DNA of 64,000 bases from Opitutales bacterium (GTDB lineage Bacteria > Verrucomicrobiota > Verrucomicrobiia > Opitutales > PNEW01), in NCBI GenBank assembly GCA_965197745.1, contig CBDANS010000007.1, forward strand, positions 160,001-224,000. The letters are read 5' to 3'. Positions 39,011 through 48,912 of the stretch are shown in pieces. Under the pieces are notes generated by a model that had not been told where the DNA came from, searched no databases, and saw nothing but the letters and a program-made list of their open reading frames with translations. Each line of letters starts with the position of its first letter. Position 1 is the first letter of the stretch. A program made the translations under genes and the position numbers.

Positions 39011-40039
39011 ATAAGCGCTGACATCAAGAGGACAGGCATAACAGCCGGCGGTAATTGGGTCATTGATCATGTTAAGGTGATTGACATCTATCCTCCCCAG
39101 GATGCCTTAGCGGTAGTTGAAGATGAATCGCTGGGCAATGGAGGAGGGCCTTATAATATCCTGAAGGATTTATCAAAAATGGGGGTGGAAATACCCCTCG
39201 CCGGTATTGGTCTGGTAGGTGACGATAGTGATGGTCACTATATACTCGAAGATTGCAAAAAATCCGGCATCGACTGTCATTCAATAAAAGTAACGACCGA
39301 AGCGCCAACCTCCTACACCGATGTAATGTCGGTAAAATCTACGGGGCGGCGAACTTTTTTTCACCAGCGTGGCGCCAATGCGCTTCTCGACGAAACCCAT
39401 TTCGATATAAATGAAAGCAATGCCTGGTTATTGCATCTCGCCTATCTCAATCTCCTCGATTCATTAGATATCATTGATGATAGTGGTAATACCGGAGCGA
39501 CCCGCGTATTGAAAAAGGCGAGGGAGTTAGGTATGAAAACCTCTATCGATCTGGTCTCAGTAGAGAGTGACCTGTTTTATCGAGTATTAAAACCGTCACT
39601 GCCTTTTGTGGATTTTTTTCTCCTTAATGAGATTGAAGCCGAACGCATTGCTGGTATTCGACTCGTGAATGGGGAATCAGTAGATCTGGAATTAGTGGAA
39701 AAAGCCGCTGAGAAGCTCATCGGAATGGGTATTGGTAACCTTGTCGTAATACATTTTCCTTCTGGCGCGTTAGCAATGGATACAGACGGTAAGAAGTATG
39801 TTCAAGGTTCCGTGCGTGTGCCCGCAGAAATGATAAAAGGTACGGTTGGAGCGGGAGACTCTTTTGCGGCGGGTTTACTTTATGGTTTACACGAAGACTG
39901 GCCTATTGAGAAATGCCTCGATCTCGCGGTCTGTGTGTCAGCAAGCTGTTTATACGATGCAACTTCTTCGGGGGGAATATTACCTTTAAAGGAAAGTCTC
40001 GCGCTGGGTAAAAAGTACGGTTACCGCGATAGCGTATAA
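39011..40039 (+). CDS. PfkB-family carbohydrate kinase (probable ATA start at 39011)
   Basis: GITAGGNWVIDH upstream of the first GTG (39077); GGGPYN, RTFFH..GAN, LNEIEA, GTVGAGDSF. Confidence 0.9.
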   Translation: MSADIKRTGITAGGNWVIDHVKVIDIYPPQDALAVVEDESLGNGGGPYNILKDLSKMGVEIPLAGIGLVGDDSDGHYILEDCKKSGIDCHSIKVTTEAPTSYTDVMSVKSTGRRTFFHQRGANALLDETHFDINESNAWLLHLAYLNLLDSLDIIDDSGNTGATRVLKKARELGMKTSIDLVSVESDLFYRVLKPSLPFVDFFLLNEIEAERIAGIRLVNGESVDLELVEKAAEKLIGMGIGNLVVIHFPSGALAMDTDGKKYVQGSVRVPAEMIKGTVGAGDSFAAGLLYGLHEDWPIEKCLDLAVCVSASCLYDATSSGGILPLKESLALGKKYGYRDSV

Positions 40040-40081
40040 TCTGAAGCAAACAATAGAGAATAACAGGATTAAATCAGCATT

Positions 40082-42055
40082 ATGGTAATGCATTATTCCA
40101 TGAGCAGACTGGCGGAGACCATTGGATTACTTGTTTTTTCCTTTAATCTGCTAGCGGGTGATCCAATGCCGGGGTCAAGCAAAGATGATTTTAAAGAAGC
40201 GGCAATCGCCCTGGATGAGGTATTAGTCCTGGTAAAACCTATCCAGGAAGAGTTGCTTATTCGAAAAATGGGGGACAAAATCAGCGTAATTACAGATAAG
40301 CAGATTGATGCTTTAAATGCCCATGATGTGGCAACTGCTTTGCGTAGGATTCCGGGTGTGACGATATCGCGTTATAATATAGTGGGTGCCTATGGGGGTG
40401 CGAATGGTGGCAGTGTATTTATCCGAGGTCATGGTTCAGGGCGACCCGGAGGAGAAATTTCAACGATGGTTGACAGTATCCCGCGATTTTCAGGAGTATG
40501 GACACACCCGCTTCTGGATCTTATTGCCGTTAATAGTGCTGAACGGATCCATGTCTATAAAAGTCCCCAGGCAGTATTATTGGGTAATATGTCGTTTGGA
40601 GGACTTAACGTGGTCCCGAAAAAGAGAACGAAACAAGGGGTTGAAGGGAGACTGCAATCTACCTATGGATCTCATGGAACCTGGACATTACGAGGTGAAA
40701 TTGCAGGTAAGACCGAACAATTAAATTACACCCTGGGCAGCAGTTATCAAGAAAGCGACGGGCATCGATTAAATGCTGATGGAAGGGTTGATTCCATTCA
40801 TGCGCGTTTTGGTTATCAAATCAATGAAGATTTGGAATTGTCTTTATTATTTCTTCACACCGTTAGTTATGCCAATGACCCGCGACCGATCTCCTCACCC
40901 CCTCTCCCTGTGGTTGAAAGCTATAAAACGGATGGCCAGTTTTATGTTCTTTCCTTGTCGCACGAGAGCGAGGATTTTGAAGGTTATATTAAACTGTATC
41001 TCGATGACGGCATAACAAGCTGGTATCAATGGCATCAACCGCCTCCACCGCCAACACCTCCCCAGTCTTTTAATAATGTAACACGCTTTGAAAATTACGG
41101 ATTGCGGGCACGCGATATTTTCTCTTTTAAAAATGATACTGAATTTATAATCGGCCTCGATATTGATTTTTACGGCGGCGAGGTGGAAGACACTTTTTCG
41201 GATGGCACGATGCGCTATCAAGAGAACATGACTTTCAGGAATATCGCACCTTACTTTATCCTGAGTAGAGTATTTGGAAATTCGACTCGGATCATTCCCT
41301 CTGCAGGAATACGGTATAATAATAGTCGCTATTTTGGAGACGACTGGGGCGCTCAAGCGGGGATAGTGACTGAATTTAAGAGGACTAAATTTTATGCCAA
41401 CTGGGCGAGAGCGTATAACCTGGCAGGTGTTTATGCTTCAGTGTTAGCTCCAAGCTGGGGTCTTGGTGAGCGGTGGAAGGAACTGGACGCAGAAATCGTG
41501 AATCATTTTGAATTTGGTATATCCAGGCAGTTGAATGATACATTGTGGATCGATTTGAGCTTATTCAGTGATGAGATAATGAATTCCATTCGTTTCGATC
41601 CACCACCTCCCCCTATTTCTATGACTAACGAGGGGAACTATACCTTAAAAGGAATTGAGACAAATATAGTTTTTTCTCCGACAAAAAATTTAAACCTGTT
41701 TATCGGAGGCACTTATAACGAAAGCGAACCACGCGACGTGCCCAATCTTCCTGAATGGACATTCTCTGCTGGCCTCACCTATAAACCCCATGATCGCTGG
41801 ATATTAAATATTGATGCGCAGTATGTAGACAGACAATATATTCTCAATCCACGTTTCAGTCCCGATCAAGTTTCAATCGAAGAGTATTTGCTTTTACATG
41901 GGCGTTTAGCATACCAATATACTGCGCCTGAAAGTAAATGGAAAGGGACATTATATTTAGCCGTGGAAAACATCGCGGATGAAGCCTATGAGTACCAACC
42001 CGGGTATCCCATGCCGGGGAGAGGAGTTACCATAGGGATGGATATTAAATTTTAA
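40082..42055 (+). CDS. TonB-dependent receptor
   Basis: ALRRIPGV, IRG, ERIHVYK.P, barrel strands, V.NI.DE.Y...GYPMPGR, terminal F. Confidence 0.9.
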   Translation: MVMHYSMSRLAETIGLLVFSFNLLAGDPMPGSSKDDFKEAAIALDEVLVLVKPIQEELLIRKMGDKISVITDKQIDALNAHDVATALRRIPGVTISRYNIVGAYGGANGGSVFIRGHGSGRPGGEISTMVDSIPRFSGVWTHPLLDLIAVNSAERIHVYKSPQAVLLGNMSFGGLNVVPKKRTKQGVEGRLQSTYGSHGTWTLRGEIAGKTEQLNYTLGSSYQESDGHRLNADGRVDSIHARFGYQINEDLELSLLFLHTVSYANDPRPISSPPLPVVESYKTDGQFYVLSLSHESEDFEGYIKLYLDDGITSWYQWHQPPPPPTPPQSFNNVTRFENYGLRARDIFSFKNDTEFIIGLDIDFYGGEVEDTFSDGTMRYQENMTFRNIAPYFILSRVFGNSTRIIPSAGIRYNNSRYFGDDWGAQAGIVTEFKRTKFYANWARAYNLAGVYASVLAPSWGLGERWKELDAEIVNHFEFGISRQLNDTLWIDLSLFSDEIMNSIRFDPPPPPISMTNEGNYTLKGIETNIVFSPTKNLNLFIGGTYNESEPRDVPNLPEWTFSAGLTYKPHDRWILNIDAQYVDRQYILNPRFSPDQVSIEEYLLLHGRLAYQYTAPESKWKGTLYLAVENIADEAYEYQPGYPMPGRGVTIGMDIKF

Positions 42056-42067
42056 AGAATCACCATC

Positions 42068-42619
42068 ATGAAAACATATGCCACGATAAATAATTCGAGA
42101 TTATTGAGCAAAGTTCAGGTGATAGAAACTGCCATTCTCCTGGAGATATCCCTGATACTGCCGGTCTTAATTCATTTAATTCCCATTTTTGGGGTCAGTT
42201 CCTGGGGGGCACGACTACTTCCGATTTATTATGCTCCTCTCATTGCCGCATTGTTCTACCGTGCGCATGTTGGTCTGATCGTTACCCTATGTCCGCCCTG
42301 GATAAATCATCTATTCACGGGCATGCCAAATATCCCTGTTACCTCTCTCTTAACCTGTGAGCTATTAATTTTCGTTCTATTAATAATATTTTTTGTCAAT
42401 CTCGCGGGACGTAAGTGGTTTTATGGACCGCTTGCTTACCTCGTAGCCAAAACGCTTTTTTTTATGGTCCTTTTATTCTGGCCCCCGGATTTTCTTTTAA
42501 ATCCCCCCCTCGATTATTTTAAAAATACCCTCTTTGTAGCAATTCCCGGCATACTCTTGCTCGGCCTTGTTAATTGGGGGGCGATAAGACTATCGCCCAA
42601 AAAAATATCCGATGGTTGA
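42068..42619 (+). CDS. Membrane protein, ECF S-component-like
   Basis: ~6 TM helices, LP.LIH....GARLLP.YY, H..TGMP, ..PGI motif. Confidence 0.55.
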   Translation: MKTYATINNSRLLSKVQVIETAILLEISLILPVLIHLIPIFGVSSWGARLLPIYYAPLIAALFYRAHVGLIVTLCPPWINHLFTGMPNIPVTSLLTCELLIFVLLIIFFVNLAGRKWFYGPLAYLVAKTLFFMVLLFWPPDFLLNPPLDYFKNTLFVAIPGILLLGLVNWGAIRLSPKKISDG

Positions 42620-43019
42620 TCTATCATTTGAGGAGATAGCCAACTGTATTCGGTCAACTCCATTCCCCGCTGTCGATTGTGTGCTTGGGATTCTCAATGG
42701 TGGTCTCGTTCCCGCTTCGCTTATCGCATACGAGCTAAAGAAACCCTTACATTTTATTTCTATTAATTACCGAGATGAAAATAATAAACCACTCTATGAA
42801 ACCCCGCAACTGTTCACGAATCATCTTCCCCAAATTACAGGCGAGCATGTTTTGGTGGTGGATGATGTTTCGGTGTCAGGTGAAACTTTACGATTGGCTA
42901 AAGCACAGTTGAAAGATTACCAGTTGATGTCTGCTGTTCTTATTGGTGAGGCCGATATTGTTCTCTTTCCCAATATTAAGGAGTGTGTAAACTGGCCGTG
43001 GCGTAAGCAGGATGCATGA
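42612..43019 (+). CDS. Type I phosphoribosyltransferase (small)
   Basis: GILNGGLVPA, PRPP loop VLVVDDVSVSGETL, C-terminal WPW. Confidence 0.88.
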   Translation: MVDLSFEEIANCIRSTPFPAVDCVLGILNGGLVPASLIAYELKKPLHFISINYRDENNKPLYETPQLFTNHLPQITGEHVLVVDDVSVSGETLRLAKAQLKDYQLMSAVLIGEADIVLFPNIKECVNWPWRKQDA

Positions 43020-43092
43020 TGCAGGATACAGGATGCAGGATACAGGATGCATGATGCAGGATACAGGTTAGTGAACAGTAAACAGTGATCAG
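43011..43092 (+). repeat. Heptamer tandem repeats: 8x GATRCAK, then 3x TRAWCAG
   Basis: GATGCAT GATGCAG GATACAG GATGCAG GATACAG GATGCAT GATGCAG GATACAG (43011-43066); TGAACAG TAAACAG TGATCAG (43072-43092). Confidence 0.85.
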
Positions 43093-43123
43093 TCGAATGC
43101 TCAGGGTTGAATGCAGTTGCCAG

Positions 43124-44404
43124 CTAGGCAGGCGAGGATGACGGTTGCAGATAAGGGATTGTTTGGGGACCTTCGGGGAGGATCGCAACGGGGGCATCCC
43201 GACCATTAATTTTGAGTTCCTGTTCAAGGGCATCTTTCAAACTGGGAACAGGAATTAAGTGACTGCGCTCTACATCGCGAGGGTCTAACTCACTGAAAAG
43301 AGCAACGCGCACCCTTTCTAAAATAATGGCTAAAAGTTGCACTTGCCACTGATCACAAAGAAGGAACCCCGGTTGATTTATTGCCGATAAAAAAGCTGAT
43401 GGACTGTCATATTCAAAAAGAAGCTTTTTAAAATTTCCATGATCAGGAAACCCATCATTGCATTTCGCCGCGGTAAGGATGAGTCCATCATCTTCAACAA
43501 TTTGAGCCGCGGCTGACATACCCTTGACCGCTTGATAAAGGTTCTGGTCTAAGGGGTAGCCACTATTAGTGGTGATGACGATAGGGAAAGGTTCCGGGCA
43601 GGCAATCATCGCAGTTTCTTTGACAAAGGCGCAACCCTCATGGAAAGCAGCCATCGTATCCCCACAGAAGAATTTAGTAATTTCCCGGTTCCGATTTTGT
43701 GCGAGGTTTACACAAAAATCTATGGGTAAAAGTGACCCGTTTGCACAAATCTGTTCCTGGGTAGGATTATTATCCAAATTTCCCCAGGTACTGCGGGGAT
43801 CACCGATGACACTGGCGTTATGGTATTGCATAATCGCATCTCTATTTGCGATCCCGGGAAAGACAGCCTTATATCCTCCTGAGAACCCTGCCATGAAATG
43901 CGGTTCAATAAATCCCATGATGATACGCCTGTCCGCTTCCACGTAATACTGGTTAAAATAAACGGAATAGCCAAATTTTGACTCTCCCGCAAGGGCGTTG
44001 CTTGTCGGGTCATCACCCTTATGATCGACAACGCGATAATTCTCAACGATCTCTTTTCCAAGCATAAGCGCTAGCTCTTCGGGTGTATGCCCGCGATGCG
44101 TGCCGGTGCCGGTAATAATCGTGAAGTTTTTTTTGGGAAGATGTTTAAGTTCGTGAAACAACCAGGGAAGTAAGCGATCATTAGGCAATGGCCTGGTAAT
44201 ATCGGGAATTACCACCGCGACACGGTCGCCTGTTTGTATAATTTCGCGGAGAGGGGGTGATTGGATAGGATTACGAACAGCGTCTTCAAACGCTTTCTGT
44301 TCATCGGGGAGGCCATTTAAATAATGCGGTGTGAGGATAGTCGCATTGATCCCGTCCAGTTCGATTTCAAGACCTTCATTCCCATAATCCAAAAGTGTTA
44401 CCAT
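43124..44404 (-). CDS. larA: Nickel-pincer-dependent lactate racemase family protein
   Basis: PDITRP, TGTHR, EPHFMAGFSGGYK, MQYH, DQNLYQAVKG, DQWQ. Confidence 0.88.
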   Translation of the reverse strand: MVTLLDYGNEGLEIELDGINATILTPHYLNGLPDEQKAFEDAVRNPIQSPPLREIIQTGDRVAVVIPDITRPLPNDRLLPWLFHELKHLPKKNFTIITGTGTHRGHTPEELALMLGKEIVENYRVVDHKGDDPTSNALAGESKFGYSVYFNQYYVEADRRIIMGFIEPHFMAGFSGGYKAVFPGIANRDAIMQYHNASVIGDPRSTWGNLDNNPTQEQICANGSLLPIDFCVNLAQNRNREITKFFCGDTMAAFHEGCAFVKETAMIACPEPFPIVITTNSGYPLDQNLYQAVKGMSAAAQIVEDDGLILTAAKCNDGFPDHGNFKKLLFEYDSPSAFLSAINQPGFLLCDQWQVQLLAIILERVRVALFSELDPRDVERSHLIPVPSLKDALEQELKINGRDAPVAILPEGPQTIPYLQPSSSPA

Positions 44405-44439
44405 GACAAAATTTGGGTTTCGAAAAAATCAACCGCTAT

Positions 44440-45189
44440 TTATGCAGAGTCTAATTGCCCCTTAATTATGTCGTTCTGTTTTTCGGTAATTTCCTCAATA
44501 CCGTTGCGGGCAAGGGATATCAGTCGGTCCAATTGTTCCTGTGAAAAGCTTGCCTCTTCCCCACTGCCCTGCAATTCGACAAATTCACCTTTCCCGGTCA
44601 TGACAACATTGAAATCAACGCTGGCATCTTTGTCTTCAAGGTAATTAAGATCGAGAATTTCATGATCATTGTATACCCCAACGCTTACAGCAGCTACCGA
44701 ATCTCTCAGGGGGTTTTCTTCTAATTGCCCGTTTTGCAATAGTTTTTCTACTGCTATACGAGCAGCGATGTATGCGCCGGTGATGGACGCGGTGCGAGTT
44801 CCTCCATCAGCCTGGAGCACATCGCAGTCGATCCATAAACAATGCCCCGGCATTTTTTTTAAATCGGCAACGGCGCGTATTGATCGACCAATGAGACGTT
44901 GAATTTCCACGGTTCGTCCATCTGCTTTCCCTCTAGAAATATCACGTCTTTTACGTTCCAGGGTGCTATAGGGGAGCATCGAATATTCTGCGGTAATCCA
45001 GCCACCTTCTACACCCTGTTGCTGCATCCACCTGGGAAGATTCTTATCAATAGTGGCGGCACAGATTACTTTTGTCTCACCAAAACTGAAGAGGACAGAG
45101 CCCGAAGCATGAGGGGCAATTCCCGAACTAATAGTTATGGGGCGCAATTCATCCGGTTGTCGGTTGTCGGGACGATTAAAAGTTGGCAT
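44440..45189 (-). CDS. rph: Ribonuclease PH
   Basis: GWITAEYSMLP, GRTVEIQRLIGR, CDVLQADGGTRTASITGA. Confidence 0.97.
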   Translation of the reverse strand: MPTFNRPDNRQPDELRPITISSGIAPHASGSVLFSFGETKVICAATIDKNLPRWMQQQGVEGGWITAEYSMLPYSTLERKRRDISRGKADGRTVEIQRLIGRSIRAVADLKKMPGHCLWIDCDVLQADGGTRTASITGAYIAARIAVEKLLQNGQLEENPLRDSVAAVSVGVYNDHEILDLNYLEDKDASVDFNVVMTGKGEFVELQGSGEEASFSQEQLDRLISLARNGIEEITEKQNDIIKGQLDSA

Positions 45190-45282
45190 GATAAAACTAA
45201 TTAAATTGAGAAAAACAAACGGCGCTCACCCTATTGGAGTAAAACATGGGTCAACCGGCAATTATTACGATGAGGACAGACT

Positions 45283-47337
45283 TTAAGCAATGGCCGTTTC
45301 TTTTTTGGAAATTTCCGGGTCCGTCCATTTGCCATGTTCTTTAATCAATTCGATCAGTTTATCAACGGCATGTTCTTCGGGAATATGGTATTGAACACAT
45401 TTTTTTGCCACGTAAAGATTCACCTTACCGGGAGAACCCCCGACATAACCGAAATCCGCATCGGCCATTTCTCCTGGGCCATTGACAATACATCCCATAA
45501 TGGCGATGGTCACTCCCTTAAGATGATTGGTTTTGGATCGAATCCGCTGTGTTGTGGATTGAAGGTCAAAGAGTGTCCTTCCACAACTCGGGCAGGCGAC
45601 AAATTCTGTTTTAGAAATGCGGGCGCGCGCTCCTTGTAGGATATTGTAGGCAAGCACTGTAGCCCGCGCGATGTCGGGTTCAGTCTCGATACTGATCAAA
45701 TCTCCGAGACCATCACACAAAAGGCTGCCAGAGAGGATAGCAGCTTCCATGAGGCGGTCACTGTGATAATTTTTTAGATCGACTGTATTGCTTTCCGTGT
45801 TGCGTATCCAAAGCGGCGTTTTAAAACCCCATCCATTTAAAATAGCTGCCAGTTTGCGGTAAGCCCCTAAGGGATGCATGTTTTCGGGTGGATGTGAGAG
45901 GGTAAAGACCAGATTGAGATCGCCTGATACCTGCAGGGGTTTTTCCATTGCCGGCAATGCCTGAGGAGAAATATCCAGGGCGAGGGTAAGCCCTTTTTCC
46001 CGCGCAAATGCGATATAGTGTTCGAGGAGTTCACTTTCATCTGGAGCAAATTTTTTCAGGATCATCCAGTGGCTGTTACCCGGCCATGTAAATTCTTCCA
46101 GATTTTTGAGTATAATAGAATCATCTATATTTATGACAAAAAATGGGACGGAAGATTGGAGAGCGTTTTGAATCTCTATTAAATGTTGAAAATGATCACC
46201 GGTATCCAGTTTCAGGAGCAGCCCTTCTATCCTCGTATCTTTGAATTGAACTTGCGTTTGTGTAACTTCATTAATGATGTCCGTTGTTTTATGAAGGGAG
46301 TGATGAACGGGGACGATAACCCTTGGCGCCTGATCAGGGGCGATTACGCAACCTCCTTTTAGATCGATGGTCGTGATCTCGCGACGGTTGAAATCGTAGG
46401 GGTTTATACTGTCATATTTGTTTTGTTGAACGGTATTGTCCTTATGTGCTTGCCATAAAAGCATGGTTTTATCTGCCAAAGAACGGGCAACCGGAATTTC
46501 GTAAACGGGATCTTCTGTTAAAGAAACACGGATAGTGTCACCGAGGCCATCGAAGAGAAGACTACCGATACCAATAGAACTCTTAATACGCGCATCTTCC
46601 CCATCACCCGCTTCGGTTACACCGAGATGCAGGGGGTAATTCATATTTTCGGCATGCATCTTTTCCACGACAAGACGATATGCCTGGATCATGATTTTGG
46701 GGTTACTCGCTTTCATCGAAAGGATTATATCGTGATAACCATGTGATTCAGCAATACGCATGAATTCCAATGCGGATTCCACCATTCCCTTGGGGGTGTC
46801 ACCGTAGCGGTTCATAATGCGGTCAGAAAGAGAACCATGGTTGGTTCCTATCCTCATAGCCCTTCCCAGGCGCTTACACTTTTTAACCAAAGGAGAAAAC
46901 CCATCATATAGCTTTTGTATTTCTTCATCATATTGGGCATCGGTATATTCACGAATAGCAAATTTTTTTCTGTCCGCAAAATTACCGGGATTAATACGCA
47001 CTTTTTCCACGTGTTCAGCTGCTTCCATTGCCGCGCGTGGAAGAAAATGAATGTCGGCAGCAAGGGGAACATCAATTTTGGACTGCCGTAATTGTTTACT
47101 TATATCCCTGAGCGCTTGAGCGGCAGTCATGTTTTGCGCGGTGATGCGAACAATTTCACAGCCCGCTTCGACAAGGGCTATGGATTGTTTAACGGTGGCT
47201 TCAACATCCTGTGTTGGAGTGGTCGTCATTGACTGTACGCGAATTGCATTATCGCCGCCCACGCCGATATCACCGACCATCACCTCGTGGGTAGACTGTC
47301 GAATTGTCGCGTAGCGGGATTTACAGTAACCGGCCAT
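45283..47337 (-). CDS. ispG: HMBPP synthase, long three-domain form
   Basis: IRVQSMT, ADIHF, RINPGN, LHLGVTEAG, CPSCGR, MGCIVNGPGE. Confidence 0.97.
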   Translation of the reverse strand: MAGYCKSRYATIRQSTHEVMVGDIGVGGDNAIRVQSMTTTPTQDVEATVKQSIALVEAGCEIVRITAQNMTAAQALRDISKQLRQSKIDVPLAADIHFLPRAAMEAAEHVEKVRINPGNFADRKKFAIREYTDAQYDEEIQKLYDGFSPLVKKCKRLGRAMRIGTNHGSLSDRIMNRYGDTPKGMVESALEFMRIAESHGYHDIILSMKASNPKIMIQAYRLVVEKMHAENMNYPLHLGVTEAGDGEDARIKSSIGIGSLLFDGLGDTIRVSLTEDPVYEIPVARSLADKTMLLWQAHKDNTVQQNKYDSINPYDFNRREITTIDLKGGCVIAPDQAPRVIVPVHHSLHKTTDIINEVTQTQVQFKDTRIEGLLLKLDTGDHFQHLIEIQNALQSSVPFFVINIDDSIILKNLEEFTWPGNSHWMILKKFAPDESELLEHYIAFAREKGLTLALDISPQALPAMEKPLQVSGDLNLVFTLSHPPENMHPLGAYRKLAAILNGWGFKTPLWIRNTESNTVDLKNYHSDRLMEAAILSGSLLCDGLGDLISIETEPDIARATVLAYNILQGARARISKTEFVACPSCGRTLFDLQSTTQRIRSKTNHLKGVTIAIMGCIVNGPGEMADADFGYVGGSPGKVNLYVAKKCVQYHIPEEHAVDKLIELIKEHGKWTDPEISKKETAIA

Positions 47338-47415
47338 ATGAATCAGGAGTAAGGTAATATAACATTTAAATTGTTGAAGAGGTTATTTTACCGATTGAAT
47401 TGAAGCTATGAGAAA

Positions 47416-48912
47416 TTAATCATCAATGCTATTTTTCTCAGACTCGATATCAGTTTCATCTTTATTTTCGAAAATGGGATCGACGATATTGTCGAGGCGT
47501 TCTTGGTATTCGCGTTCATCATTTATATCTCTCCCTACGCGCTGGAAATCAAAAAACATAACATAGAAAAAGAGCCCCATTAACATAATTATAAAAGCGC
47601 CCTGGGTCCGTGCAATCATCATGGGTGGCAGTGCTCTCCCCCGGATTTTTGCCATCGTCGCAAATACCATATGGCCCCCATCCAAAACGGGAATGGGGAG
47701 CAGGTTGAGAATAGCGAGATTCACGTTGATTAACGCCGTCAGCACGAGGACCAGTCTTAAGTCGAATGAAACTCGATAGATGGCATAGACGATACCGGGA
47801 GGACCCGTAAGTTGATTGAGGCGAATATCTGACTGTGGATGAATCAGCCCCCAGAGTACCTGTAAGGTCATGGTTACATGCTGATAAATTTGCGTAAGGG
47901 GGTTGATATGTATAAGATATTGTTTTCGCTCCAATTGAAAACCAAGACTGGGGGCGGTATCACCATCCTTCGTGACGACAACAATATCGGGTTTTATTGA
48001 ATAGGTCAGGGTTCTGCCCGCACGGATTATAGTCAGCGCCATTATATTCTCATGATCGGATTGAAGATACTGGTTGAGGGCGTAGAAAGTCATTATCGGC
48101 TGACTATCTATGGAAAGAATTTGATCACCCGGCATCAATCCGGCGCGCGCGGCCGGTGAATTTTCCAGGACATTACCCAGGGTAAGCGTTTCTGCGGGTT
48201 GGACGCCAATCATCCGCATGCGCTCATCGGTGGCGAGGATAGGGAATAATTCAATATCAAGAATTTCACTGTCCCGTCTTACGGTAAAAACGCTGCGCGG
48301 CGCACCACCCTTGCTTCGCCCCGTGCCGGTTATCAGGGTATGTTTGAATTCAGACCAATCTTCGACAATAGTACCGTCTATTTTAGTAACGACGTCACCC
48401 GCTTTAAGACCGGCTTTAAACGCGGGGGATTCGACTTCTTCGCCCTCCGCGTTTTTCAGTGTTGGAAAGACGTAACCGATACGTGTGGTTTGCAAAATTT
48501 CCGTAGTCGGTTGTCCGACCATCCACAAGATGGTGGCGAGGACGAGAGCAAAAAGGACGTTAAAAACAGCACCCATTACGGCGACAATCATTTTATCAGC
48601 GTAGCTGATGGGCGGTAATTCTTCTTCCGTTGACTCAGACTCGCCTTCAATACCGCGCAGGTCAGCGAGTTGAGGAAGCGCTACATAGCCACCGAGGGGG
48701 AGCGCGGAAATGCGATATTCAACACCGTCTTTATTCCAGGAGAATAGTTTAGGACCAAAACCAATAGAGAATCGGTCGATCTTTAAACCGCGTCGGCGTG
48801 CTGCCAGGAAATGGCCCAATTCATGGACAAAGATAGATCCTCCAAAGAATAGAATAATCAAAAGGATAGACCAGAAACTGGAAAAGAGTGTTTTAAAAAT
48901 ATCAGGATTCAT
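47416..48912 (-). CDS. rseP: RIP metalloprotease RseP
   Basis: HELGH, FSIGFGP, PDZ domains, NLLPIPVLDGG. Confidence 0.95.
   Translation of the reverse strand: MNPDIFKTLFSSFWSILLIILFFGGSIFVHELGHFLAARRRGLKIDRFSIGFGPKLFSWNKDGVEYRISALPLGGYVALPQLADLRGIEGESESTEEELPPISYADKMIVAVMGAVFNVLFALVLATILWMVGQPTTEILQTTRIGYVFPTLKNAEGEEVESPAFKAGLKAGDVVTKIDGTIVEDWSEFKHTLITGTGRSKGGAPRSVFTVRRDSEILDIELFPILATDERMRMIGVQPAETLTLGNVLENSPAARAGLMPGDQILSIDSQPIMTFYALNQYLQSDHENIMALTIIRAGRTLTYSIKPDIVVVTKDGDTAPSLGFQLERKQYLIHINPLTQIYQHVTMTLQVLWGLIHPQSDIRLNQLTGPPGIVYAIYRVSFDLRLVLVLTALINVNLAILNLLPIPVLDGGHMVFATMAKIRGRALPPMMIARTQGAFIIMLMGLFFYVMFFDFQRVGRDINDEREYQERLDNIVDPIFENKDETDIESEKNSIDD

Noticed and set aside
45283..47337. Large central insertion in IspG
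   Set aside because: Known three-domain IspG type; not novel.
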